A stretch of 64,000 nt of DNA, taken from contig OX597835.1 in assembly GCA_951406725.2 (NCBI GenBank), positions 16,492,001 to 16,556,000 on the forward strand, given 5' to 3'. The notes under the pieces are model-generated. The model did not search any database. It worked only from the letters and a program-made list of their open reading frames with translations, and was not told the origin of the DNA. Made by a program: the position numbers and the translations under genes. Positions 53,171 to 64,000 of this stretch are shown piece by piece. The number at the start of each line of letters is the position of its first letter. The stretch's first letter is position 1. This DNA comes from Octopus vulgaris. Taxonomy: Eukaryota.

Positions 53171-54069
53171 AATAATAATAAAAGGTAAAATTAATTAATC
53201 AATTTATAATTAATAATCTTACCAAGTAGTTCAGCATGTTAAAAGAATCATTATCGGTAAACTTAAGCCTAATTATAATTATGTTTATAATTATAATTAG
53301 GGCTTAACAAGATTGCTTCACCACATACCGAAATTTAGAAATAGCAGTTAAAATATTATTCCACTACCATAAGATATCTCCCAGACAGCAATACTCTCAA
53401 CTCACACAGGCAAAGAGAAAAAATAACAAATACACCCAGCTTTGATTAACTATATACGTGTTTCTGGATTAAAGATATGTAAAATAACTCATACCTTATT
53501 GGCACTTGGTCGAATACATATCTTGATTGCTAGTGCTCTCAAATTTATAATTGAAATACTCAACTCATGCCGGAAATATATATATATACACTATATTGCA
53601 TTTTACACCTCTCTATCTATCTGCCCACCTGCCTGTCAGTCTATATATATTTTGGTTTAGGCATGGATGTGTGGTTAAGAAGTTCTTTTCCTAATCTCAT
53701 GGTTTTGGGTTCAATTTCACTTCCTCTTATGCCCTTGAGCACATTGCGCTGCAAGTTGGCACCACTGACCTCTGTTGGCTGCAGTTTTCTCTACATCGGC
53801 CCATGCAATATTAGTCTTTCTCATGTCAGTCATAAACGTTCTGTGCCATGCAGTTTTTAGGCCTACCTCTCTTTCTTTTTCCCCCCTACGATGTCCGGTC
53901 GTGTTCTAGTAGCCAAAGTATTATACCATTTATTTTCAGTCTTTGTCCCATGATGATTTCTCTAAACGATCTTGTGTTGGCTCTCATTCGAACACCATCA
54001 TTGGTTAAATGGTCTTACCTACTAGCGTAGCTGGTGGTAGTGGTGGGGGCAGAGAACTTTTAAAGAACC

Positions 54070-54270
54070 ATTAGCACGCCGGGTGAAATACGTAACCGTA
54101 TTTCGTCTGCCGTTACGTTCTGAGTTCAAATTCTGCCAAGGTCGACTTTGCCTTTCATCCTTTCGGGGTCGATAAATTAAGTATCAGTTACACACTGGGG
54201 CTGATATAATCGACTTAATCTATTTTTCCTCTCTGTATTTAGCCCCTTGTAGGTAGTAAAAAAATAGGAA
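54070..54270 (+). mobile_element. SINE family B
   Basis: ttagcacgccggg...gagttcaaattc...gtcgactttgcctttcatcctttcggggtcgataaa. Confidence 0.9.
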
Positions 54271-54537
54271 CTTTTAAAGGGATGGCACTTTTGAGTGTGC
54301 TGTAGGCAATATGTGTCTTTTATGAGGCCCAGGGGTGGCAAACGGAAGGGCTGCCCCAGGCGGGACACACACTAATTACACTAGTGTTTTGGCCAATATA
54401 TTCTCAGAATCCTTCTGAAGCATCTTTGATGGAAAACTTCAAGCTTTTTATCTATTTTCATGGTGCTTTTCAATGTCTCAGTCGCATATATGTATGAAAA
54501 TATAGTGAATGAATGAAGGCATGAAATTATGGTATAA

Positions 54538-54810
54538 AGAAAATTGAACCGTTATGTAAACCTCCTCGAGGAATGTGAAGATGCAGGCTGGAAAGCGGAA
54601 CATTTTCCAATCGAAGTTGGATGTAGAGGGTTCGTTGGACACAGTGTGAGACGACTGTTGTTATAGCTAGGCCAAACTCATCGTAAAGTCAATACCACTG
54701 GATTTGGTTATAAAGAGACGATGAGCGAAGGCTAGAAGGATATTGAGCTTTATTTGATAACCAGCTGATCTAGCAAGCGGGGCCTCATATCAGTGAGTGG
54801 GGCTGGTGCT
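54538..54810 (+). pseudogene. 3' fragment of an RLE-type non-LTR retrotransposon (HERO/NeSL-like)
   Basis: RKLNRYVNLLEECEDAGWKAEHFPIEVGCRGFVGHSVRRLLL*LG, then WIWL*R after a deletion. This is the K..KY..L...GW....PVEVGCRGF signature of the restriction-like endonuclease end. Confidence 0.8.
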
Positions 54811-55283
54811 TCACTCCACAGTAGCCATCATCACTCCACGATAGCCATCTTCACTCCACAATAGCCATCTTCACTCCACAATAGCCATCTCACTCCACAA
54901 TAGTCATCTTCACTCCACAATAGCCATCTCCACTCCACAATAGTCATCTCACTCCACAATAGTCATCTCACTCCACAATAGTCATCTTCACTCCACAGTA
55001 GCCATCTTCACTCCACAATAGCCATCTTCACTCCACAATAGCCATCTTCACTCCACAATAGCCATCTTCACTCCACAATAGCCATCTCACTCCACAATAG
55101 CCATCTTCACTCCACAATAGTCATCTTCACTCCACAGTAGCCATCTTCACTCCACAATAGTCATCTTCACTCCGCAATAGCCATCTTCACTCCACAATAG
55201 CCATCTCACTCCACAATAGCCACCTTCACTCCGCAATAGCCATCTTCACTCCACAATAGCCATCTTCACTCCACTATAGTCAT
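54811..55283. repeat. 20-bp minisatellite tcactccacaatagccatct (about 24 copies, some 19-bp)
   Basis: Direct periodicity. Confidence 0.95.
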
Positions 55284-55622
55284 CAGTCTCTTTTGCCAAA
55301 CCATTAAGTTAACAATCCATGCAATATGCTGGATAATAGAAACCATAAGGATGGCAATGAAAACTCATGTTTATTTATTTATTTAAACTATAAACCTGAG
55401 ATAATTAACCAATTAACCATTTAGCTTCCCAATTACTCAGTCAAATGTAATGCTTCATATTCCGCATTGTTTTTAATTAATCATGCATTATTTCATAGCT
55501 TTGGCATTTCAATGGAGTATTTGTTTATTTTTGGAAATGACATAGCAAGGTATGAGTGAGGGGCTAAATCTGGCTGGGTTCAACATGAAACAGGTAGAAT
55601 ATTTGGGCTGGACATGGTTGGT

Positions 55623-56353
55623 TTAACCCTTTCGTTACTGTATTTATTTTGATATGCTCTGTGTTTCGTTCAATTATTTTAAATATAACAAAGAATTTAG
55701 TAAAATAACTTAGTTATCATTAAGCTAGTATTAGGAATATAAATTGTGACTAAGGTTTGGTGGAAGATTTTAATTCAGAGCTTATGAAAACAAGACATTT
55801 GTACTCAGAGCCAGAGGCAGTTTCAGCTGGGTTGGTACCAAAAGGGTTAAGAATTGTTTCTCTATTATATATTTTAACCCTTTTGTTACCATATTGCTGT
55901 TGAGATGCTCTGTGTTTCTTTCAATTATTTTAAATATAACAAAGAATTTAGTAAAAGAACTCAGTTATCATTAAACTAGTGTTAGGAACATAAATTGTGA
56001 CTAAGGTTTGGTGGAAGATTTTAATTCAGAGCTTATGAAAACAAGACATTTGTACTCAGAGCCAGAGGCAGTTTCAGCTGGGTTGGTACCAAAAGGGTTA
56101 AGAATTGTTTCTCTATTATATATTTTAACCCTTTTGTTACCATATTGCTGTTGAGATGCTCTGTGTTTCTTTCAATTATTTTAAATATAACAAAGAATTT
56201 AGTAAAATAACTTAGTTATCATTCAGCTAGTGTTAGGAACATAAATTGCGACTAAGGTTTGGTGGTATATTTTGATGCAAAACTTATGAAAACAAGACAT
56301 TTGTACTACAGAGCCAGAGCCGGTTTTGGCCGGGTTGGTAACGAAAGGGTTAA
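55623..56353. mobile_element. Three tandem TTAA-flanked piggyBac-like MITEs
   Basis: Copies at 55623-55850, 55874-56101 and 56125-56353, each TTAA CCCTTT ... AAAGGG TTAA. Confidence 0.9.
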
Positions 56354-56639
56354 CCCTTTAGTATTTAGATTATTCTGTGTTGCGGAGGACACCCCTCGGT
56401 AAGAGAAGTGGGCTGTTCCACCACGAATAAATAGTGGACAGACACAATGAGTGGAGTCAGATGGTGAGGTGTGCTGTTCGGCCCAACACGCAGACAGTGA
56501 GGTTTGCCGTTATAATACAGGACATAACAGTGTCGAACAAGACCCAGCAAGCTTCTGGCAAATGTTCTGCTTATTCATTCACATTGTTTTGAATTAATCA
56601 TGCATCATCTCATGGCTTTGAAATTTTGTTCATGTATTC

Positions 56640-57470
56640 TCTTTTACTCTTTTACTCGTTTCAGTCATTGGACTGCGGCCATGCTGGAGCACCGCCTTTA
56701 GTCGAAGAAATCGACCCCCAGGACTTATTCTTTGTAAGCCTAGTACTTTATTCTATCAGTCTCTTTTGCCGAACTGCTAAGTTACGGGGACGTAAATACA
56801 CCATCATCAGTTGTCAAACGATGTTGGGGGGACAAACACAGACACACAAACATATACATATATATATATATATATATATACATATATATGACGGGCTTCT
56901 TTCAGTTTCCGCCTACCAAATCCACTTACAAGGCTTTGGTCGGCCCGAGGCTATAGTTGAAGACACTTGCCCAAGGTGCCACGCAGTGGGACTGAACCAA
57001 GAACCATGTGGTTGCTAAGCAAGCTACTTACCACACAGCCACTCCTATATAAATACATACATATATGTGTGTGTATATGTATTATATTCTTTTACTTGTT
57101 TCAGTCATTTGACTGTGGCCATGCTGGAGCACCGCCTTTAATCGAGCAACTCGACCCTGGGACTTATTCTTTTTTTGTAAGCCCAGTACTTATTCTATCG
57201 GTCTCTTTTGCCGAACCGCTAAGTAACGGGGACATAAGCACACCAGCATCGGTTGTCAAGCAATGCTAGGGGGACAAACACAGACACAAACACGCATATA
57301 TATATACATATATACGACGGGCTTCTTTCAGTTTCCGTCTACCAAATCCACTCACAAGGCTTTGGTCGGCCCGAGGCTATAGTAGAAGACACTTGCCCAA
57401 GGTGCCACGCAGTGGGACTGAACCGAGAACCATGTGGTTGGTAAGCAAGCTACTTACCACACAGCCACTC
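56640..57470 (-). mobile_element. Two head-to-tail SINE family A copies (56640-57045, 57088-57470)
   Basis: Full family A blocks occur twice. Confidence 0.92.
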
Positions 57471-57542
57471 CTATATAAATACATGCATATATGTGTGTGT
57501 GTATATGTATTATGTATATATTATATATATATATATATATAT

Positions 57543-57895
57543 GCCCAGTGGTTAGGGCAGCGGACTCGCGGTTTCGATTCCCAGACCGGGCGTTGTGAGT
57601 GTTTATTGAGCGAAAACACCTAAAACTCCATGAGGCTCCGGCAGGGGATGGTGGTGATCCCTGCTGTACTCTTTCACCACAACTTTCTCTCTTACTTCCT
57701 GTTTCTGTTGTACCTGTATTTCAAAGGGCCGGCCTTGTCACTCTCTGTGTCACGCTGAATATCCCCGAGAACTACGTTAAGGGTACACGTGTCTGTGGAG
57801 TGCTCAGCCACTTACATGTTAATTTCACGAGCAGGCTGTTCCGTTGATTCGGATCAACCGGAACCCTCGTCGTCGTAACCGACGGAGTGCTTCCG
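57543..57895 (+). mobile_element. tRNA-derived SINE family D
   Basis: gcccagtggttagggc (A box), gtttcgattccc (B box), and a body ending gtcgtaaccgacggagtgcttcc. Confidence 0.85.
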
Positions 57896-58377
57896 TCCGT
57901 TATATATATATATACACACACACATATGAAAATGCCAGCAATATAAATAGCTATATATTAATAGAAATGACAAGCAACACTACAATGAAGAACTGCATCG
58001 GCCAGGCACTGGAATTGGTTTAATATCTCCTCATGGCTTAACATAAAAGAAAAATCAATTAGAAACTGTGGATAAAAATATCCAGCAACATCAGGAGAAA
58101 ACAAACTTCAAAGACCATTGGTAAAGTTTGCACTAATTAACATAATTATGTTAATTAGTGTACACCAAGGGAATTTGATTAATTAAAATTACATCGTGAG
58201 TAACGAGAACAGTCTCATGAATGACTGTGTAGTGAAGAATTTTACTTCTCAAGCTCTTCAATAAAGGTTCGGCCTTACTTTGTGGTACCTAAGTCAGTTG
58301 GGTTTTTTGTAGGGGCAGTTTATGGTGGTTGGAAATAGAGAAATGTTTTGTGTGTGTATCTTTTGTCAATTGGATGG

Positions 58378-58710
58378 AAGCATTCCGTCGGTTACGACGA
58401 TGAGGGTTCCGGTTGATCCGACCAACGGAACAGCCTGCTCGTGAAATTAACGTGTAAGTGGCTGAGCACTCCACAGACACGTGTACCCTTAACGTAGTTC
58501 TCGGGGATATTCAGCATGACACAGAGAGTGACAAGGCCGGCCCTTTGAAATACAGGTACAACAGAAACAGGAAGTAAGAGTGAGAGAAAGTTGTGGTGAA
58601 AGAGTACATCAGGGATCACCACCATCCCTGCCGGAGCCTCGTGGAGCTTTAGGTGTTTTCGCTCAATAAAGACTCACAATGCCCGGTCTGGGAATTGAAA
58701 CCACTGGGCA
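58378..58710 (-). mobile_element. SINE family D, inverted copy
   Basis: Reverse complement of 57543-57895. Confidence 0.88.
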
Positions 58711-58959
58711 ATTGCGCCTCCACCTTTTGTCAATTACTGGTTTTCAGTCATTAGACTATGGCCATGATGGAGCATTGCCGTGAAGAATTTTTATTGAATG
58801 AATTGAATGCGATACTTTATTTTTTAAGCTTGGTAATTATTCTATTGGTCTCTTTTTGCCAAATTACTAAGTTATAGAATTTAAGTACTCCAGCACCAAT
58901 TGTCATGTAGTAGTTGGGGTACAAATATAGACACAAAGCCACACACACAGATATATGGG

Positions 58960-59240
58960 AGACCCCCTTGGTCATGAATGACCATGGGATTGCACCTAGA
59001 AAGTTACCCTCTGAGATACAAGTTCGGGCAAGGTTGTTTATGGAAAACCAGCAATCGCCCATGCATACCAGCCTCCCCTCTTCATGCCACTGATGTTATC
59101 AAAGGGAAAGGCAAAGGGGCTGATACAGCTTGGCACCAGTGATGTCGCAATTCATTTCTACAGCTGAGTTAAGTGAAGCAACATGAAATAAAGTGTCTTG
59201 CTCAATAACACAACACGCAGCCAGGTCTGGCAATCGAAGA
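58960..59240 (-). mobile_element. SINE family C, head-truncated
   Basis: Aligns by eye with 6555-6840. Confidence 0.85.
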
Positions 59241-59744
59241 AAGAAAGATCATGCTTGGCCGAGCACCGAACACATATATACACATGTATGGTGAGATTCT
59301 TTTAGATTCCATTTACCAAATCCATACACAAGGCTCTGGTCAGCCTAAGGCTAGAGTAGAAGGCTCTTGCTCAAGGCACAATCTAGTGGGATTGAACTTG
59401 GAACTATGTGGTAGCAAAGCAAGCTTCTTACCACACAGCCATATATGCGCTTATATATCATCATCATCATTTAATGCTCCTTTTTCCATGCTGGCATGGG
59501 TTGGACAGTTTGGTAAGAACAGATGAGCCAGGACTGGGTTTCTTTGTCAGCTTTGGCATGGTTTCTACAGCTGGATGCCGTTCTTAATGCCAACCACTTT
59601 ACAGAGTGTACTGGGTGTTCAGGCTAAATGTGACAGTTTGCTTAAAAGAAAACAAAAACATAATATTCCATCCAAAAAAAAAAGTATTCTAAAAAAAATC
59701 AAAAAAATACCAGCTAGATTATAGCTGGGTGATAACAGTTTACT

Positions 59745-59860
59745 CAGAGTAGCTGCATTCACCTTCAACTCTGGTCAAGAGAAGGGTCTGGAACCTGATG
59801 CATGCATTCTGCACTGCATCCCTGGGAAGATCTTTGAACACCTGTTTGATCTTGCTGACC
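59745..59860 (-). pseudogene. Tc1-like transposase C-terminal relic
   Basis: VSKIKQVFKDLPRDAVQNACIRFQTLLLTRVEG resembles the AC.RF..R...EG end of Tc1-type transposases. Confidence 0.4.
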
Positions 59861-60154
59861 GGCATGAGGGCTAGTCAGATGGAACTGGCAACGGCTACAC
59901 TCAAATGGTGTTTTTTACATGCCACCTGCACAGGAGCTAGTCCAGTGGCACTCGCTTGAATGATTTTTTCATGTGCCTGTAAGGCGATGCTAGTAATGAT
60001 CACGCTCGAATGGTGCTTTTTATGTGCCACTGGCATGAAAGATAGTCAGCTGCTCTGGCAACGATCATGCTCAGATGGTGTTCTTAGCGCTCCACTAACA
60101 TGGATGCCATTCATCGAATTTGATTTCGATATATGTACATATATATATATTATC

Positions 60155-60430
60155 AACGTGACCGTCAAGGCTATCAGATGTTGCTACACATCGCTGGTCA
60201 CAATGCGCTTCGCATTGTTTTAGCCTTCAAATGACGCCACCCTACTGGCTAAGCGAGCAGGCCAATAGAAGAAAGAGAAAGTTGTGGTGAAAGAGTACAG
60301 CTGGGATCGTCACCACCCCCAGCCAGAGCCTTGTGGAGCTTTTAGCTCAATAAACACAACGCTCGGTCTGGGAGTCGAAACTGTGATCCTACGACCGCGA
60401 GTCCGCTGCCCTAACCACTGGCCATTGCAC
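60155..60430 (-). mobile_element. SINE family D relative with a different tail
   Basis: The head ccagtggttagggcagcggactcgcgg and the block ctgtactctttcaccacaac are shared with 57543. The tail differs. Confidence 0.75.
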
Positions 60431-60459
60431 CTCTCTCTCTCTCTATATATACACTCACA

Positions 60460-62436
60460 CACGAGGATTGGCTGAAAAGCTTATGGGCTGACTTTGAGGG
60501 AGTGATGCTAGATTGTGAAATCTTGCATGCATTAATTTCAACTCTTCTTATTAATAGCTGCATTGTTTCATTCCGGGTAAATTGACATCTGACCATTCAA
60601 AGAAGACTTCAAATGTATCCGGTAGCCACCAATCTGGCATTGTGCTGTTATCAAAGACGAGTAGAAAGAAGGGTTTAGCCTTCCCAAGGACATTCATGCT
60701 GACATGGTTGCTACATTAGGGGGTGACACTCCAGATTTATCAACTGTGCAAGCATGGTATGCTGAATTTAGAGGGGTCATGTAGGTGTGTGTGTGTGTGA
60801 ACGTTGGTGACATTAATGCGATGAGGTTTATTTACTTAAAAAAGGGGAAATAACCCCGAGTTATCTCCCCCTGCGCATCGTTAGCAGCTAGGTGGCACTG
60901 AACGGCATAGCTATAAAAGACAGTCGTCTCCATGCTCAAATGAGTTGCGTTTTTGCTCTATACTGATACACACGTTGACCCATGCAGAACATTCCTTTTT
61001 GGGCTGATCTACATTTTCAAGACCAGCATGGTAGCTGAAACTAGCTAAATTAATTTCTTTGGGACTCTCTTGTTCTCATATTACGCAACGGCGGCAGACA
61101 ATACAATCAGTCGTTAGATAAGTACTTTACCTTTGATTTATTCTAGTGTCAATTTGTTATATTGACCTAAAGTCTGGCAACATGCACTCAACACATTCTT
61201 AAGTGAATTGCAACCAGCATTCAACTGCACAAAAGCGAGCAGCTGAATTTATAAGAGAAGAGAGCGTCTTTAAGATGACATAAGGTCTGGACATCCCGCA
61301 ACTGCCATCACTGAAGAGAATATTGAAGGTAGCTGGCTGGCAGAAATGTTAGCACGCCGGGCGAAATACTTAGCAGTATTTCATCTGCCGCTACATTCTG
61401 AGTTCAAATTCCACCGAGGTCGACTTTGTTTTTCATCCTTCCGGGGTCGATTAAATAAGTACCAGTTATGCACAGGGGTCGTTATAATCGACTTAATCCA
61501 TTTGTCTGTTCGTTTTTTCCATGTGTAGCCCCTTGTGGGTAGTAAAGAGATAAGAATATTGATCATGTTCCCCACATGGTGATGGATAACAGGCAATAAG
61601 CTATAAATCAAATAGCCAATGCTAATAGTATATCTCATGAGAGTCGAGAATACTCTGTACAATGCACTTGACATGATGAAGCTTATTGCTCAGTGGATGC
61701 CATGTCTTCTAACACTTGATAGAAAGCATCATGGGAAACCATGACATTGTTTCAGGCAGATCCAGCTGGTTTCCTTGAAGGGCTGCCCAACCCAGATGAG
61801 TGTTGGGTTCGACTTTGAGCCAGAAACAGAGAAACAACCTATGCAGTAGAAACACCACTTCTTACCTGCTCCAAAGAAGGCCAAGGTCGTTTCATCCTCA
61901 GGGCAAGTAATGGCCTCAGTTTTTTTCGGATATGAAAGGGAGTGTGTTTATTGACTTTCTTCAAAAGGGCCACAACCATCAGTGGAGAGCACTATGTCCA
62001 CTTGCTGAGGCAATTACGGAAGGCTATCAAGACCAAACAACCAGGACAACTGACAAAAGGGGTCTTATTTCATGAGGACACACAAATCCTTGGTTTTGAT
62101 GGCTCTGGCACAAGGCTCCTTGATTTCAATGGCTGGCGTGCATGCCTGTGGCTTTGAACTGGTTGATCACACTCCCTATTCTTCTAATTTGGCCTCAACT
62201 GACTAGCATCTGTTCCCCAACATGGTAAAAAAACACCCGTGGGAAGCAGAGATGATGATGACGAAGTTTTTGGCCAACAGAATGAAAGACTTTTCACTAA
62301 TGGGAACCAAGCATTGCAGCATTGGTGGAAGATGTGTGTGGACTGCAAGGGGAACTGTTTGAAACTTAAACATCATTTGGTCACAATTCATGAGATTATC
62401 TTGGTCAGTTGATAAACTTTTTAGCCAACGCTCATG
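60460..62436 (+). mobile_element. Decayed mariner transposon (DD34D, irritans/Hsmar2-like) with two nested insertions
   Basis: Degenerate TIRs cacgaggattggctgaaaagcttatgggctgac / gtcagttgataaactttttagccaacgctcatg. Relic peptides: KDIHADMVATLG...STVQAWYAEF, DDIRSGHPATA, AQWMPCLL, DECWV, KAKVVSSSGQVMASVF, GVLFHED, HTPYSSNLASTD*HLFP. Confidence 0.9.
61327..61552 (+). mobile_element. SINE family B inserted in the mariner with a 10-bp TSD
   Basis: Flanked by AGAATATTGA at 61317-61326 and 61553-61562. Confidence 0.9.
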
Positions 62437-62464
62437 CGTATGTATGAGAACAGCCAAAAGGTGG

Positions 62465-62670
62465 TAAGAAGGTCAAGCAAAGACGGCTGCAACTAAGCTG
62501 GTCATTGCATGCGCCACCCTGAACTGGAAGCATCCGAATTAGTCTTGTGGAACCCACAAGAGGAAAACACCATCACACTTACATGGACAACTTGATTGCA
62601 GACACTGGCTTGGAATGTATCCAGGAACTTAAGGAAGTGGAATGATGGTCGGAGAAGTGTGGTAGGTGGA
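62465..62670 (+). pseudogene. RTE-type LINE C-terminal relic
   Basis: KVKQRRLQL/AGHCMRHPELEASELVLW...TYMDNLIADTG matches the RRL..AGH..R...LVLW...TY.D.L..DTG end of RTE-like ORFs. Confidence 0.65.
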
Positions 62671-62837
62671 CTTCGTTGCTGTGACCTGGGCTGGAACCCA
62701 GCCATAACAATAATAACTGTTGCTGAAAAAAAAATAGTTGCAGAAAGAGATGTGAACTCTATAAGCTGTAGCTTGGGCAACCCATCTGGGGTTGAAGTAA
62801 TTTAGAATGAAAACTGGAACAGTGTTAACAGATGTCA

Positions 62838-63215
62838 GGCGGAGGAGGCTGTGTGGTAAGTAGCTTGCTTACCAACCACATGGTTCCGGGTTCATTCCCA
62901 CTGAGTGGCACCTTGGGCAAGTGTCTTCTACTATAGCCTCGGGCCGACCAAAGCCTTGTGAGTGGATTTGGTAGACGGAAACTGAAAGAAGCCCGTCGTA
63001 TATATATATATGTGTGTGCGTGTGTGTTTGTCCCCCTAGCATTGCTTGACAACCAATGCTGGTGTGTTTATGTCCCCGTCACTTAGCGGTTCGGCAAAAG
63101 AAACCGATAGAATAAGTATTGGGCTTACAAAGAATAAGTCCCGGGGTTGAGTTGCTTGACTAAAGGCGGTGCTCCAGCATGGCCGCAGTCAAATGACTGA
63201 AACAAGTAAAAGAGA
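62838..63215 (+). mobile_element. SINE family A, full length
   Basis: ggcggaggaggctgtgtggtaagtagc...gggttcattccc...gaaacaagtaaaagag. Confidence 0.92.
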
Positions 63216-63419
63216 ATCCTCCTCCACATCATCCCACTTGTCACATAAACTGCTAGAAACAGCAGCAGCAAACCCTTCCTCAAACTGCACCCTAATGACA
63301 TAGCCCTAGATGCACAAAAAGACAATATGGTAATAACTGGATTGTCTCTCGTCATAAATGTACTCAATCAGGGTAGACTCGTGGCTAAATAACAACAGAA
63401 AAATTGAAGACATACAACA

Positions 63420-63625
63420 AAACAGATTCAGTAATCAGGCTTTTTAATTCAATACACCAAGGAATAGAATACACGCTAAAATTAGGAAGCCATTTATAAA
63501 ACATCTAAGAAACTTGTAGGGGAACGTTAGAAAAAAAAAGGAGACAGCAGGTTTGTTACTTTAATTCACGAAGAAATTCCTATGAGTAGCTTTGTCTTGG
63601 TGCATTCTTGTAAGTAAAAGTGAGT
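63420..63625 (-). terminator. Ferritin 3' UTR with ATTAAA poly(A) signal
   Basis: Repeat-free ~200 nt after the stop codon. ATTAAA on the minus strand at 63443-63448 is followed about 25 nt later by a GT/T-rich element (TGTTTTGTTGTATGTCTT). Confidence 0.6.
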
Positions 63626-63763
63626 TTAGCTTTCAAGTTGCCTGTCAAACAAGTACTCGCCAAGACCACCACCAACACGTTTCAGGTTGGTAATGTGGTC
63701 GGACAGAACCTTGATGTCATCGACCTGTTCAGCGAGATATTCGCTTTCAATGAAGTCCATCAT
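63626..63763 (-). CDS. Ferritin (soma/H-like), terminal coding exon
   Basis: Minus-strand translation [45 protein letters not shown] matches the ferritin helix D/E signature (DFxExxYLxEQVxxIKxLxDHxTNLKRVGxGLGEYxFD). It is preceded by a long polypyrimidine tract and a CAG acceptor (63764-63766) in phase 0, the same position as the last intron of vertebrate FTH1. Upstream exons lie beyond the window end. Confidence 0.95.
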   Translation of the reverse strand: MMDFIESEYLAEQVDDIKVLSDHITNLKRVGGGLGEYLFDRQLES

Positions 63764-64000
63764 CTGCAGAGAGAGAAAGAAAAAGAAGTTTATTAAAAAA
63801 AAAAAACCCCAAAAATCTAGAGACAGACAGATCTACTGTATTTGATAACATGTAAGATGTACTTTTCCTTCCCAAGATATGTCTAAAAAAAATTCCCACA
63901 GGTGAAGTTGGGTCACCCATGATGAACTTTTAACTCTCTAGCATTTCAATGCCAGCATGGAAAGTGGATCTTAAATGATGATGATGACGACGATTATTCT

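Overview
A repeat-saturated, AT-rich eukaryotic genomic window. From the SINE families, the (TA/CA/GA)n density and a molluscan-type ferritin exon I infer a coleoid cephalopod, most likely Octopus. The only recognisable host coding sequence is the last exon of a ferritin gene on the minus strand (63626-63763), with its 3' UTR. Nearly all ORFs in the supplied track are microsatellite or SINE artefacts. The rest of the window holds at least five SINE-like families, Helitron/Helentron-type non-autonomous elements, hAT- and piggyBac-like MITEs, a decayed mariner with nested insertions, and fragments of L1/Tx1, RTE, HERO/NeSL-like and Penelope-like retroelements. The most interesting non-trivial signals are: (i) minimal Penelope-type hammerhead ribozyme motifs, one with an intact core at 34201-34246; (ii) several long near-perfect fold-back hairpins and inverted TE pairs that would give dsRNA if transcribed; (iii) a repeat-poor ~5 kb segment (about 18-23 kb) with TATA/ETS/CSL motifs at one end and AATAAA at the other, a candidate lncRNA or small-ORF transcript; (iv) an 18-unit array of a constant ~88-bp unit separated by variable (GT)n spacers. 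All calls were made by eye with no database search, and boundaries of decayed elements are approximate.
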